A DNA stretch of 60,392 bases, from assembly GCA_039028975.1 (NCBI GenBank), contig JBCCHB010000104.1:1-60392 (forward strand), read 5' to 3'. The position numbers and the translations under genes are program-made. Source of the DNA: Chloroflexota bacterium. GTDB taxonomy: Bacteria; Chloroflexota; Anaerolineae; Caldilineales; Caldilineaceae. The notes under the pieces were generated by a model. That model was given only the letters and a program-made list of their open reading frames with translations, was not told where the DNA came from and ran no database searches. Every line of letters starts with the position of its first letter. Position 1 is the stretch's first letter. Positions 43,808-54,781 of the stretch are shown piece by piece.

Positions 43808-44677
43808 TTGACCAAAGAAGCTAAAATGCTCATCTTATTAAAACTGGGTGGTTCGCTCATCACAGATAAGCAAATCCCTGAATCAGCCCGACATGATGTG
43901 ATAAAGCGTTTGGCTGCTGAGATTGCCCAGGCGTTGAGGGAAAATTCGAAACTAAAATTAATTCTGGGCAATGGGGCTGGAAGCTTTGGCCACGTTCCGG
44001 CTAAACAATATGGAACCCGCCGCGGTGCCCGCACTTCGGAAGAATGGAGTGGTTTTGCCCAGGTGGCTGATGCTGCCGCTCGGTTGAGTCGTCTTGTGGC
44101 TGCAGCGCTTTTGGAAGAGGGGGTTCCCGTATGGACTATACAGCCAAGTGCTAGTCTGCGGTGTACAGATGGAGTGGTTGTAGATGGCCCGGTTGAGACA
44201 GTTGCACTTGCCCTTCAACGAGGATTGGTGCCGCTTGTCCATGGCGATGTGGCACTAGATAGTGTCCGAGGAGCCACAATTGCCAGCACTGAAGAGATCT
44301 TTGAGTTGCTTATGGCGCAGATTGGGGATTATCTACCTAATGAATCAACTTGGCGTTTAGAACGTATGGTTTTGGCTGGCGAAGTGGATGGCATCTATAG
44401 TGAAGATCCACTCCGGAACCCTACTGCCACACGCTTTAACTCGCTGACGCCCGCCAGAATCACTCAGATCCAAAAGGGGTTAGCGGGTAGCCATGGCGTG
44501 GATGTTACAGGGGGCATGGTCGCCAAGGTGGACCAATCTGTATCTTTTGTGGAAAAGTATCCAGGTTTGGCAATCTTTGTGTGTAGTGGCTTGACGCCTG
44601 GCTTAGTTGGTCAAGCCTTGCAGATGAACGAGCCAAGTAAATTGACACAAGATGGAACTTGGATCCACGCAGCATGA
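43808..44677 (+). CDS. Isopentenyl phosphate kinase (amino-acid-kinase family).
   Basis: 'ILLKLGGSLITDK' and 'GNGAGSFGHV' match the IPK signature (KxGGSxITxK ... HGxGSFGH). Confidence 0.65.
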   Translation: MTKEAKMLILLKLGGSLITDKQIPESARHDVIKRLAAEIAQALRENSKLKLILGNGAGSFGHVPAKQYGTRRGARTSEEWSGFAQVADAAARLSRLVAAALLEEGVPVWTIQPSASLRCTDGVVVDGPVETVALALQRGLVPLVHGDVALDSVRGATIASTEEIFELLMAQIGDYLPNESTWRLERMVLAGEVDGIYSEDPLRNPTATRFNSLTPARITQIQKGLAGSHGVDVTGGMVAKVDQSVSFVEKYPGLAIFVCSGLTPGLVGQALQMNEPSKLTQDGTWIHAA

Positions 44678-44838
44678 TCCGTTCTATAATCCATGTACAA
44701 ATTCATTAAGTGGCGCTCTTTGACGTTGCGATCTACCGAATATGGGCAGATGAAATCATTTGCATGAATACCCATGCAAAAGTATAATGCCTCACGCTTG
44801 TAGATGTAGTTGAATTGCTTTGAAAGGCCTATTAATTT

Positions 44839-46245
44839 ATGTTACCGTCCTTTTTTTCCGGTGAAACTTTAATCACATTTGTCTCTTTTGTTGTCGTGCT
44901 GGGTATATTAGTCTTTTTCCATGAACTTGGGCACTATTGGGTTGCTCGGCGTAATGGGATCATCGTCGATGAGTTTGGTATGGGATACCCACCCCGCCTG
45001 ATAAAACTCTTTACCTATGACGGCACGGACTTCACTATTAACCTGATTCCTTTTGGCGGTTTTGCGCGTATGCGGGGTGAGGATGCCGCAGATATGGGGC
45101 CTGGAACCTTTAATGGGGCCAGCCGAGGAGGTAGGGCAGCGACGCTTATTGCAGGGCCAGCTATGAATGCACTGCTAGCAATTATACTCTTTGCCATTAG
45201 CTTCATGGATGGATTCCCAGCCCCAGCCGCAAGTCCTCAAGTGCTACCCAATAGCTCCGCCGAACTTGCTGCATTTGGCGTTGAATCGGGTGATATTCTG
45301 CTTACTCTTGATGATCGGCCTATCTATACTACAGGAACCAGCGAGCTAAACTACCGAATTTTGAACCGTAGCACAGCAAGCAGTGGCGACAATGATTCCT
45401 TGCCTGTTTTGGTTGTGAGCCGAGAAGGCGAGCTTGTGTCTTTAACGTTGCCCGCTGAGACTACAGCCAACGACCTGATTGATGTGAATGAGTACCAAGG
45501 AGTATTGGGTACCCAAATTTCCCTCGTAGAGAAAGGTAGCCCCGCTGATGCAGCCAATTTACAGAACGGTGATCTATTCTATGCGGTGGACGAGGAGGTT
45601 GTCACAGATGCAAAGCCTCTTACTGACATAATTAGTCGTCATGTTGAAGAGCATCCTGATAAAGATCAAGCGGTCTCGCTCACGGTCATGAGGGACCAAG
45701 AATGGATTACTGTACAAATTACGCCCCGCTCTAACCCACCAGAAGGGCAAGGGGCGCTAGGCGTTCGGATCGGCAGTATCTCTCAAATGGCCGCACTGCC
45801 TTTTGGTCAGTCCTTGTGGCAAGGTGTCGTATGGACCTTTGACTATTTTCGGGTTGTTCTTCAACTGCCTTTTATGCTTTTAACCGGAGATGTTTCACCT
45901 GCAGAAGCTGAATTGACTGGCCCTGTAGGCATTGCTGGACTGGTTGGGGGTGCTGTCAGTGCCACGATTGAGACTGGTTATCGTTTTCCCATTTGGCGCT
46001 TGTCGGCGATTTTGAGTGCTGCCTTAGCTATTACCAATATGCTGCCCCTGCCTGCTTTAGATGGGGGGCGTCTGCTCTTTATTCTGATTGAAACCATTCG
46101 TGGTCGTCGGATTAATCCCGAAAGAGAAGGAATGGTTCACATGTTGGGCTTTATGCTTTTGCTTGGTTTGATTGTGATTATTACTGTACGGGATATAAGC
46201 GCTACCCGAGAAGGGATCGATTGGCTTTCGATTCTTGGCCAGTAA
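44839..46245 (+). CDS. rseP: Site-2 protease RseP (M50 family) with PDZ domain.
   Basis: 'FFHELGHYWVAR' (HExxH), a central PDZ-like region, 'NMLPLPALDGGRLLF' (LDG motif). Confidence 0.85.
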   Translation: MLPSFFSGETLITFVSFVVVLGILVFFHELGHYWVARRNGIIVDEFGMGYPPRLIKLFTYDGTDFTINLIPFGGFARMRGEDAADMGPGTFNGASRGGRAATLIAGPAMNALLAIILFAISFMDGFPAPAASPQVLPNSSAELAAFGVESGDILLTLDDRPIYTTGTSELNYRILNRSTASSGDNDSLPVLVVSREGELVSLTLPAETTANDLIDVNEYQGVLGTQISLVEKGSPADAANLQNGDLFYAVDEEVVTDAKPLTDIISRHVEEHPDKDQAVSLTVMRDQEWITVQITPRSNPPEGQGALGVRIGSISQMAALPFGQSLWQGVVWTFDYFRVVLQLPFMLLTGDVSPAEAELTGPVGIAGLVGGAVSATIETGYRFPIWRLSAILSAALAITNMLPLPALDGGRLLFILIETIRGRRINPEREGMVHMLGFMLLLGLIVIITVRDISATREGIDWLSILGQ

Positions 46246-46269
46246 GATTCTTGGTCAGTAAGTAAGATT

Positions 46270-48243
46270 ATGTCACACAATTCAGGGAATTACCTTGTTT
46301 CGAATCCAGAGGGCAATAACACGGACAAACGCAAGGTCCGGTGTCGCAATTGCGGACACCGTTCATACGCTGCGCTTGTCATCTGCCCCCAGTGTGGGCG
46401 TGAACTGCGTGCCGCTCCAACGCGCTTTTTGAGCTGGCTATTACCGGTCTTAATTGCCGTACTCTTCCTATTTGTTCTTGTAACCAATATACCGGATCCG
46501 GGGTTATGGATCGCGCAGCAAGTGACCCGTACACGGGGTTGGATTACCCAACTGGCAACGCAGATTGAACCTCGTGTCATGATAGAAAGTACTGTGATTC
46601 CAGCTGGAGTGACTGGTTCTGTGGGTGAAACAGAGAATAGTTTGACGGTAGTGACACCTAATCCACCAGTCGTGGGAGACTTATCTGGGACGATTGGTAA
46701 CGTGCCTACACCGATTCCCCCCGAAGAAAACTCGGTCGCCTTGGTCACTATACCTCCCACAGCTCTGTCAACGAGTACGCCTTTGGCAACAAGTACACCT
46801 GCTCCCACCCAGACGCCGATTCCAACTGAAACACCTACTGATATTCCGCCTCCTACACGGACGCTAACTTCTACACCTAAGCCAACGGCCCTACCTATAT
46901 CCACAAATACGCCTACCCGTACATCTAGACCAACTCAACAACCTCCATCACCAACGCCGACGGTAACAATCGAGCAGGCCACTCCTACCGATTCTAGCCA
47001 AGATGAACAGCTACGAACAGGCGATACTATCACATCGGGCCGCTTGACAGTCTCTGATATTTTGGGCCAGAATAAAGATGACGCTAATTCTGGTCTTTCT
47101 GGTGAGGACCAAGACGGTTCGACAACTACAGTCGCTCAGATTGCTACCTCAACAGCAATCGAGACAGCGATTGCCACTCATACACCCACAACGCGTCCTA
47201 CAGTGGCCAATACAGCAACAAGTACGAGGACCCAGACTGCGACGAGTACTGCGACAAATACTCGCACAAGCACAGCGACAAGATCGCCCACAAGTACTGC
47301 AACCAATACGGCGACAAATACTGTAGTAAGTACTGCCACAAGCACTGCCACGCGAACTCAGACGCCATTGCCTACTATTTCCCCCACTAGCACAGATACC
47401 TTGACCCCATTGCCAACAGAGACGCCTCTGCCGACGGATACACCTCTGCCAACGGATACACCCGAACCTACCGCTACAGCTACACCTGTTACCTATGTAG
47501 TTCAATCGGGTGATACATTATTAGCCATTGCTGCCGAGATGGATACAACGGTGAATGCAATATTGGAAGCCAATGGCTTAACAGCGGATGATGCACGACG
47601 CTTACGCTTGGGACAGGTTCTTGTGATTCCAACCCTTGAGGGTGTTGAGGACGATGTGACTGAGGAAATTGTGGAAACCGCTACCCCTGAGTCAATCGAA
47701 TATGTTGTCGAGGCTGGCGATACGATTTTGGGAATTGCTGCTCGCTATGGTGTTTCTGTCAACGGTGTTTTGGCTGCCAATGGGCTCTCTTCGGATGATG
47801 CCGCAACGATTCGCATTGGGCAAACTTTGATCATCCCTGCGGCTGGAAGCGGGCTGGAAGGCAATGTCGTTGCAAATGCTCCCCAAAATGCCTATCGATT
47901 GGATGCTCCGATCTTGCGTAGTCCGGAGGACGGAACGCCAATGAGCTGTAGCCGAGAGGACAATTTGGTTTGGCAGCCTGTACCCTTTATGGGGCCTGCT
48001 GATCAATATCTGATGCACATGGGCTTTGTCAGTGGCTATAGACAGGATGGCACACCGACCATCACCTGGATTGTTGAACAACTAAGAGATAGAGATCGGA
48101 CATCTTGGTCTATGGAAACCGCCTATTGCTCACTAGCACCACAGGAATTTGGACGTATTTGGTATTGGTATGTGGAGGTCATCGATCAATTTGGCGTTGC
48201 TGTCAGCCCGCCCAGCTCTTCTTATTCCTTTACATGGCGGTAG
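46270..48243 (+). CDS. Membrane-anchored protein: N-terminal zinc ribbon, one TM, Pro/Thr-rich linker, 2x LysM, and a C-terminal unknown domain.
   Basis: 'VRCRNCGHRSYAALVICPQCGREL'. TM 'WLLPVLIAVLFLFVLV'. PT-rich 46700-47500. LysM 'YVVQSGDTLLAIAAEM...LGQVLVIP' and 'YVVEAGDTILGIAARY...IGQTLIIP'. Confidence 0.7.
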   Translation: MSHNSGNYLVSNPEGNNTDKRKVRCRNCGHRSYAALVICPQCGRELRAAPTRFLSWLLPVLIAVLFLFVLVTNIPDPGLWIAQQVTRTRGWITQLATQIEPRVMIESTVIPAGVTGSVGETENSLTVVTPNPPVVGDLSGTIGNVPTPIPPEENSVALVTIPPTALSTSTPLATSTPAPTQTPIPTETPTDIPPPTRTLTSTPKPTALPISTNTPTRTSRPTQQPPSPTPTVTIEQATPTDSSQDEQLRTGDTITSGRLTVSDILGQNKDDANSGLSGEDQDGSTTTVAQIATSTAIETAIATHTPTTRPTVANTATSTRTQTATSTATNTRTSTATRSPTSTATNTATNTVVSTATSTATRTQTPLPTISPTSTDTLTPLPTETPLPTDTPLPTDTPEPTATATPVTYVVQSGDTLLAIAAEMDTTVNAILEANGLTADDARRLRLGQVLVIPTLEGVEDDVTEEIVETATPESIEYVVEAGDTILGIAARYGVSVNGVLAANGLSSDDAATIRIGQTLIIPAAGSGLEGNVVANAPQNAYRLDAPILRSPEDGTPMSCSREDNLVWQPVPFMGPADQYLMHMGFVSGYRQDGTPTITWIVEQLRDRDRTSWSMETAYCSLAPQEFGRIWYWYVEVIDQFGVAVSPPSSSYSFTWR

Positions 48244-48281
48244 AGAGTAGGATGGATATGTAACAGAATGGCTATATTACC

Positions 48282-49385
48282 ATGACTCAAAATATGAACT
48301 ATACAGATACAAGTGATTTGAATGCAATAGGTAGCGATATCGCCAAAGAGCTAAATAATGGCAAGATCAAATTGCCAGTGGATCAGCTTCTCTTTCGCTT
48401 AACTAGTGATGATCGCTCACTGACCGCTCAAGATCTCTTTGCTTTCTCGGACTTAACCCGCTACGATGCACGTTTAGTTCAGGATCATTGGACCGATATC
48501 CCTGTGCAGCGCCGTCAATGGGTTGTATCAACCCTGGTTGAATCTGCCGATAATGAATTAGATTATCATTTAGGTCGTATCTTGCGAATTGCTCTGCGAG
48601 ATGACGAACCGCTCGTCAAAGAGGTGGCTATTCAGGGACTACGGGAAGAATTGGGGAGTGATCTATTGGCCGAATATATGCGTATTTTACGTAGAGAGAT
48701 GGAACCAGGGGTTCGTGAAGCGATCGCCATTTCCCTCGGACATTACGTGCTATCTGGAGAGCTGGATGAGCTTGATGCATCATTAGCCATTCAGGCTGAA
48801 GAGACCCTTCTATCTATGCTTCACGATGAGATGGAAGCATTGGCTGTGCGCTGCCGAGCTTTGGAAAGTATTGCCTATTCAGGTGAAACAGGTATCCGCG
48901 AGCTGATAGAGGATGGGTATTACTCGCCTGATGAAGAGATGCGCGTTAGCTCACTGGTTGCCATGGGGCGAAGCGCAGATATCCGCTGGCGTGGCCTGGT
49001 ACGGGCTGAATTACAGAATCCATCTCCATTGATGCGCGCGCAGGCCGCTAGAGCATGTGGCGAATTAGGGACACAAATTGCTAACCAAGATCTGCTCTTC
49101 TTATTAGAAGACGAAGCACCAGTCGTACGCGATGCTGCCATCTTTGCGCTAGGCAGGATTGGTGGGAAAGATGCTACCGAGGCGTTACGCATTATTGCCG
49201 AAGAGGGCGATGAAGCTGAACGTCAAGCGGCTGACGATGCCCTGGAAGAGATGGCCTTTTACGCTGATTCAGAGGGCGCCCCGTTCTTTGATGAAGCATT
49301 GGATAACGAGGATGAGTGGGACCATGAGCCGTGGGACGAATGGCTTGGTTCGGATGAAGAGGATCTCGGCATCTATGAAGAATAG
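48282..49385 (+). CDS. HEAT/PBS-lyase-repeat protein with an acidic C-terminus.
   Basis: Repeats such as 'EPLVKEVAIQGLRE', 'PLMRAQAARACGELG', 'VVRDAAIFALGRIGG'. C-terminal 'DNEDEWDHEPWDEW'. Confidence 0.55.
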   Translation: MTQNMNYTDTSDLNAIGSDIAKELNNGKIKLPVDQLLFRLTSDDRSLTAQDLFAFSDLTRYDARLVQDHWTDIPVQRRQWVVSTLVESADNELDYHLGRILRIALRDDEPLVKEVAIQGLREELGSDLLAEYMRILRREMEPGVREAIAISLGHYVLSGELDELDASLAIQAEETLLSMLHDEMEALAVRCRALESIAYSGETGIRELIEDGYYSPDEEMRVSSLVAMGRSADIRWRGLVRAELQNPSPLMRAQAARACGELGTQIANQDLLFLLEDEAPVVRDAAIFALGRIGGKDATEALRIIAEEGDEAERQAADDALEEMAFYADSEGAPFFDEALDNEDEWDHEPWDEWLGSDEEDLGIYEE

Positions 49386-49395
49386 GGCATGATTT

Positions 49396-49767
49396 GTGAA
49401 TTTGAAATTGAAGCGCTTGGTGCGTACGCAAAGTTCAGAGCAGTACGCACTTTTTGATCTAGACCAACGAGATAGCCGCCAGCAACCTATGACCATTGGT
49501 AAGCTGGATATGCACTACACCAACGAAGGAGTCTACGGGACGATTCTCTTCTGGGACCAGCAGTCTCGGAAATTGCCTGAGGGGCAGCGAAAGCGGTTGA
49601 TTCAATCCCTCTTGCGGGAGATCACCCAGCCCATGGGGGTCCCCAACGAATTTGTCGTTGAATACTTTGCGCCTAGATTGGATGAGTATCACGTCTTTCA
49701 TAATTTGGATGATGCTGAAGATGAGGAAGATTTCCCGGATGAAACTGAGGAATTCTTAGATGAATAG
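49396..49767 (+). CDS. Hypothetical acidic protein.
   Basis: ORF with a DE-rich tail. Confidence 0.4.
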   Translation: MNLKLKRLVRTQSSEQYALFDLDQRDSRQQPMTIGKLDMHYTNEGVYGTILFWDQQSRKLPEGQRKRLIQSLLREITQPMGVPNEFVVEYFAPRLDEYHVFHNLDDAEDEEDFPDETEEFLDE

Positions 49768-49775
49768 GCGTAGTA

Positions 49776-50687
49776 TTGTTCATTTTTGATTCTCTTCTGC
49801 CAATCTTTGGACGTACAGTTTTGCCTGTTTTACTTGTGGTTGCTTCTGGGTATTTTCTGGGCCGCAATATGGTGTTGGATAGTCGCACCATCGGCAGAAT
49901 CCTCTTCTATCTTGCCACTCCTTCTTTAGTCTTTCGAAGCCTCTATCAGACGAAAATCAATATCAGTAATCTTCAAAACCTGGCGCTTATCTCTATCTGT
50001 ATGGTTATCCTTACTGGTACATTGGGATGGCTTACCGCTTTTCGGGAAGAGCGCCGCAGGCGAGCCGCCGTTACCTTGGCGTCAGCCGTCGCCAATAATG
50101 GCAATATGGGCATCCCCATTTCCCTATTTGCCTTTGGCGAAGCGGGAGCAGCTTTGGGGACTCTCTACTATGTAGTAACCTCTTTTTGCAGCAATACATT
50201 GGGTTCCGTTGTGGCCTCCGCAGGTAGTGCTTCCGTTGGGAAAGCCGTCAGTCACGGGCTACGGGTGCCTACCCTGTACGCTGCTATTGGTGGTTTAGCC
50301 CTCAATTGGCTTCAATGGGAACTACCAACAGGGGTTGTGCGAGCGGCCGATCTGATGGGTGGGGCTGCAGTGCCTGGAATGTTGATCCTGATGGGGGTGC
50401 AGTTGAGCAGTGTTAAAGTCGCATTCAACCAGCAACCTGTCTATGCCGTTACCTTGATTCGACTACTGGTTGCGCCCATCTTAGCATGGGGGCTCTGTCT
50501 TCTGCTGGGCGTAAATGGCCTAGAGCGGGATATCATCATTTTACAAGCATCTATGCCTACTGCTGTCATGGTGACCATCCTGGTTACAGAATTTGATGCT
50601 GCTCCCCGACTAGTTGCCGCTATTATCTTCTTTTCAACCCTTTGTAGTATCGTGAGTCTTTCTGTTCTGCTCTGGATTTTGCTATAG
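49776..50687 (+). CDS. AEC-family (auxin efflux carrier-like) membrane transporter.
   Basis: Ten hydrophobic segments. N-terminal 'LPIFGRTVLPVLLVVASGYFLGR' resembles the AEC/malonate-permease family. Confidence 0.75.
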   Translation: MFIFDSLLPIFGRTVLPVLLVVASGYFLGRNMVLDSRTIGRILFYLATPSLVFRSLYQTKINISNLQNLALISICMVILTGTLGWLTAFREERRRRAAVTLASAVANNGNMGIPISLFAFGEAGAALGTLYYVVTSFCSNTLGSVVASAGSASVGKAVSHGLRVPTLYAAIGGLALNWLQWELPTGVVRAADLMGGAAVPGMLILMGVQLSSVKVAFNQQPVYAVTLIRLLVAPILAWGLCLLLGVNGLERDIIILQASMPTAVMVTILVTEFDAAPRLVAAIIFFSTLCSIVSLSVLLWILL

Positions 50688-51126
50688 TACTCACTCCCTT
50701 TCCTTAAACGGTCCAAAATTTAAAACGGTGTGTCACTTGCTTAACCTTAGCGACCAAACAGATGCAAAGTTGAGAAAATTGTCTACCTCTGTTACAGTAT
50801 AGAAACTCTTATTAGCTGATGGCATCTGTGAAGTGATTAGGCTTGGTGCGGAAATTATTTCGTACATCTTGGAATCTGTTGTGGAGAGCAGATTCCATGT
50901 CTGAATGCTTATCAAGTTGTGATCTATTGATTGTGTTTATTGGTATCAAGTGTGCAAGTTATAGGGAACCATGTTCTCAAATGACTTGCACACTTTTTGT
51001 CCTTATACTCAGCTCCGTTTGAAAACCGGAATTTAGTCTCTCCTGTAGAGGCTGCGGAAAACTCCGGTCTTCAAATCGACCGCAGTATTGCAATATTGCC
51101 ACGTTCCACTTTAATTCCACTCACCC

Positions 51127-52392
51127 ATGAAAAAGAAATGCTTTGTTCGCATAGTTCAAATCTGTTTGTCTACTGTTATACTATTATTCGTAACGAGCTG
51201 CCAAGCCACCTTCTCGACATCTTCTGAAGAGACGCGCTCATGGTCTAAACAGGCTCCTCTACAAGCCGCGGTTCAAACGCTGAAGCAAGATGAAACAGGA
51301 ATAGAAGAACCTGTTTCAGGTGAACTTGATGCAGATAGCTCGATTGTAAATGAACCTAGTTCAGATAATCCTAGTTCAGATGAGGTTGATTCTGTTGAGG
51401 CTAATGTGGTTGTGGCTGACACTGACGTGGCTGATCCTGGGGCAGCCTTATCGGATGAAGTATCTGCATACAAACCACTGCCTGTACCTATAGCACCGCT
51501 TGCCAGGGTGTCAGACGCCCAACTTCAGTCGACCCGCAAAAATGCGTTAGAACGAATGACATTTGCCACACGGAAAGCTGAGCCAGATTCGCCATATTAT
51601 CATACGACGTGGTTAACTTATTATGGGCGCCCAAATATAGGCGTGATGGGGATCTTGGGTGAATATGACATCAATACCCTGGTACGGTTATTGCGCACCA
51701 AAGCAAACGAGTATGATGATGCCAATGGCGCTGGCATCTCGGTGATGCCTGCTTTCCACTTAGTGTATGGAATGGCAACCCGGGCACCTGGTGTTCGGGG
51801 TGACTATCTCAATTTTCTGAGCGATGAGACGGTCATGGAGTATATTGAGCGGGCTGAAGAAGAAGGCTTTGCGGTGATACTGGATATCCAGATCGGTGGC
51901 TTGACACCCGTTGCTTCCATGCGCTATGGCTTCCCTTATCTTAAATACCCTAATGTTCATCTCGCGGTTGACCCTGAATTTGCCTTGGTACACCCAGACC
52001 AAGCCGTTCCCGGCAACCCCATCGGCTATGTCACGGCAGAGCAGGTGAATCAGGTGCAGGCAGCCATGTTTCAACATATGATCATCAATGGAATCCGGGA
52101 TAGAAAGATCCTTCTGGTACACCAATTTCTAGATGAAATGATTCGGGATAAAGAGGATCTAGACCACAGCTATCCGATTGATCTAACTATCTCGGTTGAT
52201 GGGTGGGGGGGGCCTGGGGGTAAGATCAGCAAATATAATATCTTTGTCGATAAGAGTGACGAATTCAGCTCCTTCAAACTATTTTATGGTTGGGATGTAC
52301 CCCTGTTAACACCTTCTCAAGCGCTTGGCCTTGAATCTTACGATGACTATCTAACCATCGATGTCATGCCAAATATGATCATTTATCAATAG
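51127..52392 (+). CDS. Secreted/lipoprotein candidate with an acidic low-complexity linker and a C-terminal putative glycoside-hydrolase-like TIM-barrel domain.
   Basis: Signal peptide 'VILLFVTSCQATFS'. The function call is weak. Confidence 0.4.
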   Translation: MKKKCFVRIVQICLSTVILLFVTSCQATFSTSSEETRSWSKQAPLQAAVQTLKQDETGIEEPVSGELDADSSIVNEPSSDNPSSDEVDSVEANVVVADTDVADPGAALSDEVSAYKPLPVPIAPLARVSDAQLQSTRKNALERMTFATRKAEPDSPYYHTTWLTYYGRPNIGVMGILGEYDINTLVRLLRTKANEYDDANGAGISVMPAFHLVYGMATRAPGVRGDYLNFLSDETVMEYIERAEEEGFAVILDIQIGGLTPVASMRYGFPYLKYPNVHLAVDPEFALVHPDQAVPGNPIGYVTAEQVNQVQAAMFQHMIINGIRDRKILLVHQFLDEMIRDKEDLDHSYPIDLTISVDGWGGPGGKISKYNIFVDKSDEFSSFKLFYGWDVPLLTPSQALGLESYDDYLTIDVMPNMIIYQ

Positions 52393-52398
52393 TCAACT

Positions 52399-53805
52399 AT
52401 GGATCCATTTAGCGATCACCCCTTCGACGAACCTTATCTAGAACCGGTGAGCCAATCGGCACCGATCAAAATGGTCCCGGCCAATATTGAGTCCGAGATG
52501 GCAGTATTGGGCTCTTTATTGATCGATCCTGACGCCATTGTAAAGGTTGCCAACTTCTTGCGCGTTGAAGATTTCTACCGCGAGCGTCATGGCTGGATTT
52601 ATGGGGCTATCCTGGCTCTCAACGAACGTCGGGAACCTCTTGATCCCCTCACCCTGACTGATGAACTCGATAGGCGTGAGCAGCTCGACGAGATCGGCGG
52701 TCCAGCTTACCTCAACGATCTGATGGGTACCACACCCACAGCGATTCATGTTGATCACTATGCCCGCATTGTAGAGCGGACAGCGCTCCTTCGCCGCCTC
52801 ATCTCGGCTGCTGGCAAGATTGCTGAACTAGCCTATGATGAAAGCCAAGATCCAGACCAAGTAGTGGAACGGGCTGAACAGATCATCTTTGGCGTTAGCG
52901 AGAGTCGCATTCATCGCGATCTAACGCCCATTCACTCCATTATGCAAGAGGTTGTGAACCGGCTCGACTTTATGGCCCGCAACCAGGACGCACTCATGGG
53001 CGTGCCAACTGGCTTTCAGGCGCTGGATCAGATGCTTGGCGGCTTCCAACAGAGCGATCTGATTATCCTGGCAGCACGACCCGGCATGGGCAAATCCTCT
53101 TTTGCGCTTAGCCTAGCCTTAAATGCCGTCCGTAATCTCCGGTCCCGAATCGGCATCTTTAGCTTGGAGATGAGCAATGATCAAATGGTGCAGCGCCTGC
53201 TCGCCATGGAGACCCGGATCGACAGCCACCGTCTACGATTGGGACAGGTTCATGATGACGAATGGACCATTGTGCTAGAGGTCGCCAACACCCTCGCCAA
53301 CACCAGCATCTTTATCGACGATACGCCAGGCGCAACAGTGAATGACATCCGAACTAAGTCTCGTCGTCTCTATGCCGAGCATGGGTTGGATCTAATCGTC
53401 ATCGACTACATGCAATTGATGACCGGCCAGCAGACCGCCGGGCGAGGTGAAAATCGTCAGCAGGAGATCAGCTACATTAGTCGCTCTCTCAAAGAGATTG
53501 CCCGTGAATTGAATGTACCTGTGCTGGCGTTAAGTCAGCTAAGTCGCGCTGTAGAGAGCCGGGCCGATAAGCGACCTATGTTGTCTGACTTGCGTGAAAG
53601 TGGATCGATAGAGCAGGATGCGGACGTCGTCATGTTCATTTACCGAGAGGATTACTACATTCCAGACACGGATCGACAAAATATCGCCGACATCATTGTC
53701 GCCAAGCATAGGCACGGCTCAACCGGTACTGCAAGCCTCTATTTCCGTAAAGAGCTGACTCAATTTAGTGATATGGAAGTCCAGAGGACAGAGCTAGATT
53801 ACTAA
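52399..53805 (+). CDS. dnaB: Replicative DNA helicase DnaB.
   Basis: Walker A '[16 protein letters not shown]'. '[10 protein letters not shown]' (Walker B). '[19 protein letters not shown]' (RecA-like arginine-finger region). Confidence 0.9.
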   Translation: MDPFSDHPFDEPYLEPVSQSAPIKMVPANIESEMAVLGSLLIDPDAIVKVANFLRVEDFYRERHGWIYGAILALNERREPLDPLTLTDELDRREQLDEIGGPAYLNDLMGTTPTAIHVDHYARIVERTALLRRLISAAGKIAELAYDESQDPDQVVERAEQIIFGVSESRIHRDLTPIHSIMQEVVNRLDFMARNQDALMGVPTGFQALDQMLGGFQQSDLIILAARPGMGKSSFALSLALNAVRNLRSRIGIFSLEMSNDQMVQRLLAMETRIDSHRLRLGQVHDDEWTIVLEVANTLANTSIFIDDTPGATVNDIRTKSRRLYAEHGLDLIVIDYMQLMTGQQTAGRGENRQQEISYISRSLKEIARELNVPVLALSQLSRAVESRADKRPMLSDLRESGSIEQDADVVMFIYREDYYIPDTDRQNIADIIVAKHRHGSTGTASLYFRKELTQFSDMEVQRTELDY

Positions 53806-53938
53806 CTATGCTTTGCTAGACAGTTTGATAGAACAAATGTATAATTCTGCCTAGAGTCATAGAATTCGTTGTAGCGCTAATGATTTCAGAGGTAGCAGAC
53901 CTTTTTATTGATCCCTTTGGAGAGCAACCAGTAGACTT

Positions 53939-54781
53939 ATGAGCCAAAATACTGCCTTTATTGGGTTTCCCGATAAAAAAATGAATCCAATTGTTGTACC
54001 GGATTACTTTTTTAGTGATCTGCTTCCCTTAATTGATAATTTGGCCGAGCTAAAGTTGACCATGCACTGCTTTTGGTTGCTAAACGAGCAGAGTGGCGAT
54101 TTGCGCTATTTGCGGGGTGACGATTTGCGTAGCGATACCCAACTTCTCTCTAGCTTGAGCGCAGATGATCTTCGCCCTCCGCTGACTATTCTAGACGATG
54201 CCTTGGAACGGACCGTCGCTCGCAATACGTTGCTGCGCCTGGAGATTACTGCGCCGGGCGAGCCAGATGAATTGGGTTTAGGACTGGGCAACGAGCCAAA
54301 GAGTGGAGAAGAGGAGTTACTTGAAGATTGGTACTTTATGAATACGGTCAAGGGACGGCAGACGCTGGCTTTGATTCGTCAGGGGCAACTGACGGAACTT
54401 CTGCCTGTTCTGCCCGAAGAGGCAAAGCTCAAAGTGGACCGACCGATTATCTTTATTCTCTATGAGCAAAATGTGGGAATGTTGTCACCCATGATCGCCG
54501 ACCAACTGCGGGATCTTGAAAAGACCTATCCACCCTCTTGGATCGAGGAGGCATTTGAGATTGCCGTAAGCCGCAATGCCCGCAACCTGAAATATATTCT
54601 CGCCATTCTCAAACGTTGGGAAACAGACGGACGAGATACTGCCAAGCACAAGAGTGCTGGAACAGATACTCTAGGAAAGAGCAATCAATATGAAAGGAAT
54701 GGACGACCTGCTGGGGAACGACGAGTCCCAGAGAGCGGATATGATATCCCAGATGATCTCAAGGACATCATCATCGGGTAG
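53939..54781 (+). CDS. DnaD-domain replication initiation/primosome protein.
   Basis: C-terminal '[32 protein letters not shown]' matches the DnaD/DnaB_2 YxxxIxxxW motif. Positioned between dnaB and the helicase loader. Confidence 0.55.
   Translation: MSQNTAFIGFPDKKMNPIVVPDYFFSDLLPLIDNLAELKLTMHCFWLLNEQSGDLRYLRGDDLRSDTQLLSSLSADDLRPPLTILDDALERTVARNTLLRLEITAPGEPDELGLGLGNEPKSGEEELLEDWYFMNTVKGRQTLALIRQGQLTELLPVLPEEAKLKVDRPIIFILYEQNVGMLSPMIADQLRDLEKTYPPSWIEEAFEIAVSRNARNLKYILAILKRWETDGRDTAKHKSAGTDTLGKSNQYERNGRPAGERRVPESGYDIPDDLKDIIIG

Noticed and set aside
46700-47500. Highly repetitive DNA (ACAAGTACTGC...-type repeats) that could be mistaken for a repeat array
   Set aside because: The repeats are imperfect, in-frame, and encode a Pro/Thr/Ser-rich stalk inside the LysM protein. 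There is no spacer/repeat regularity.
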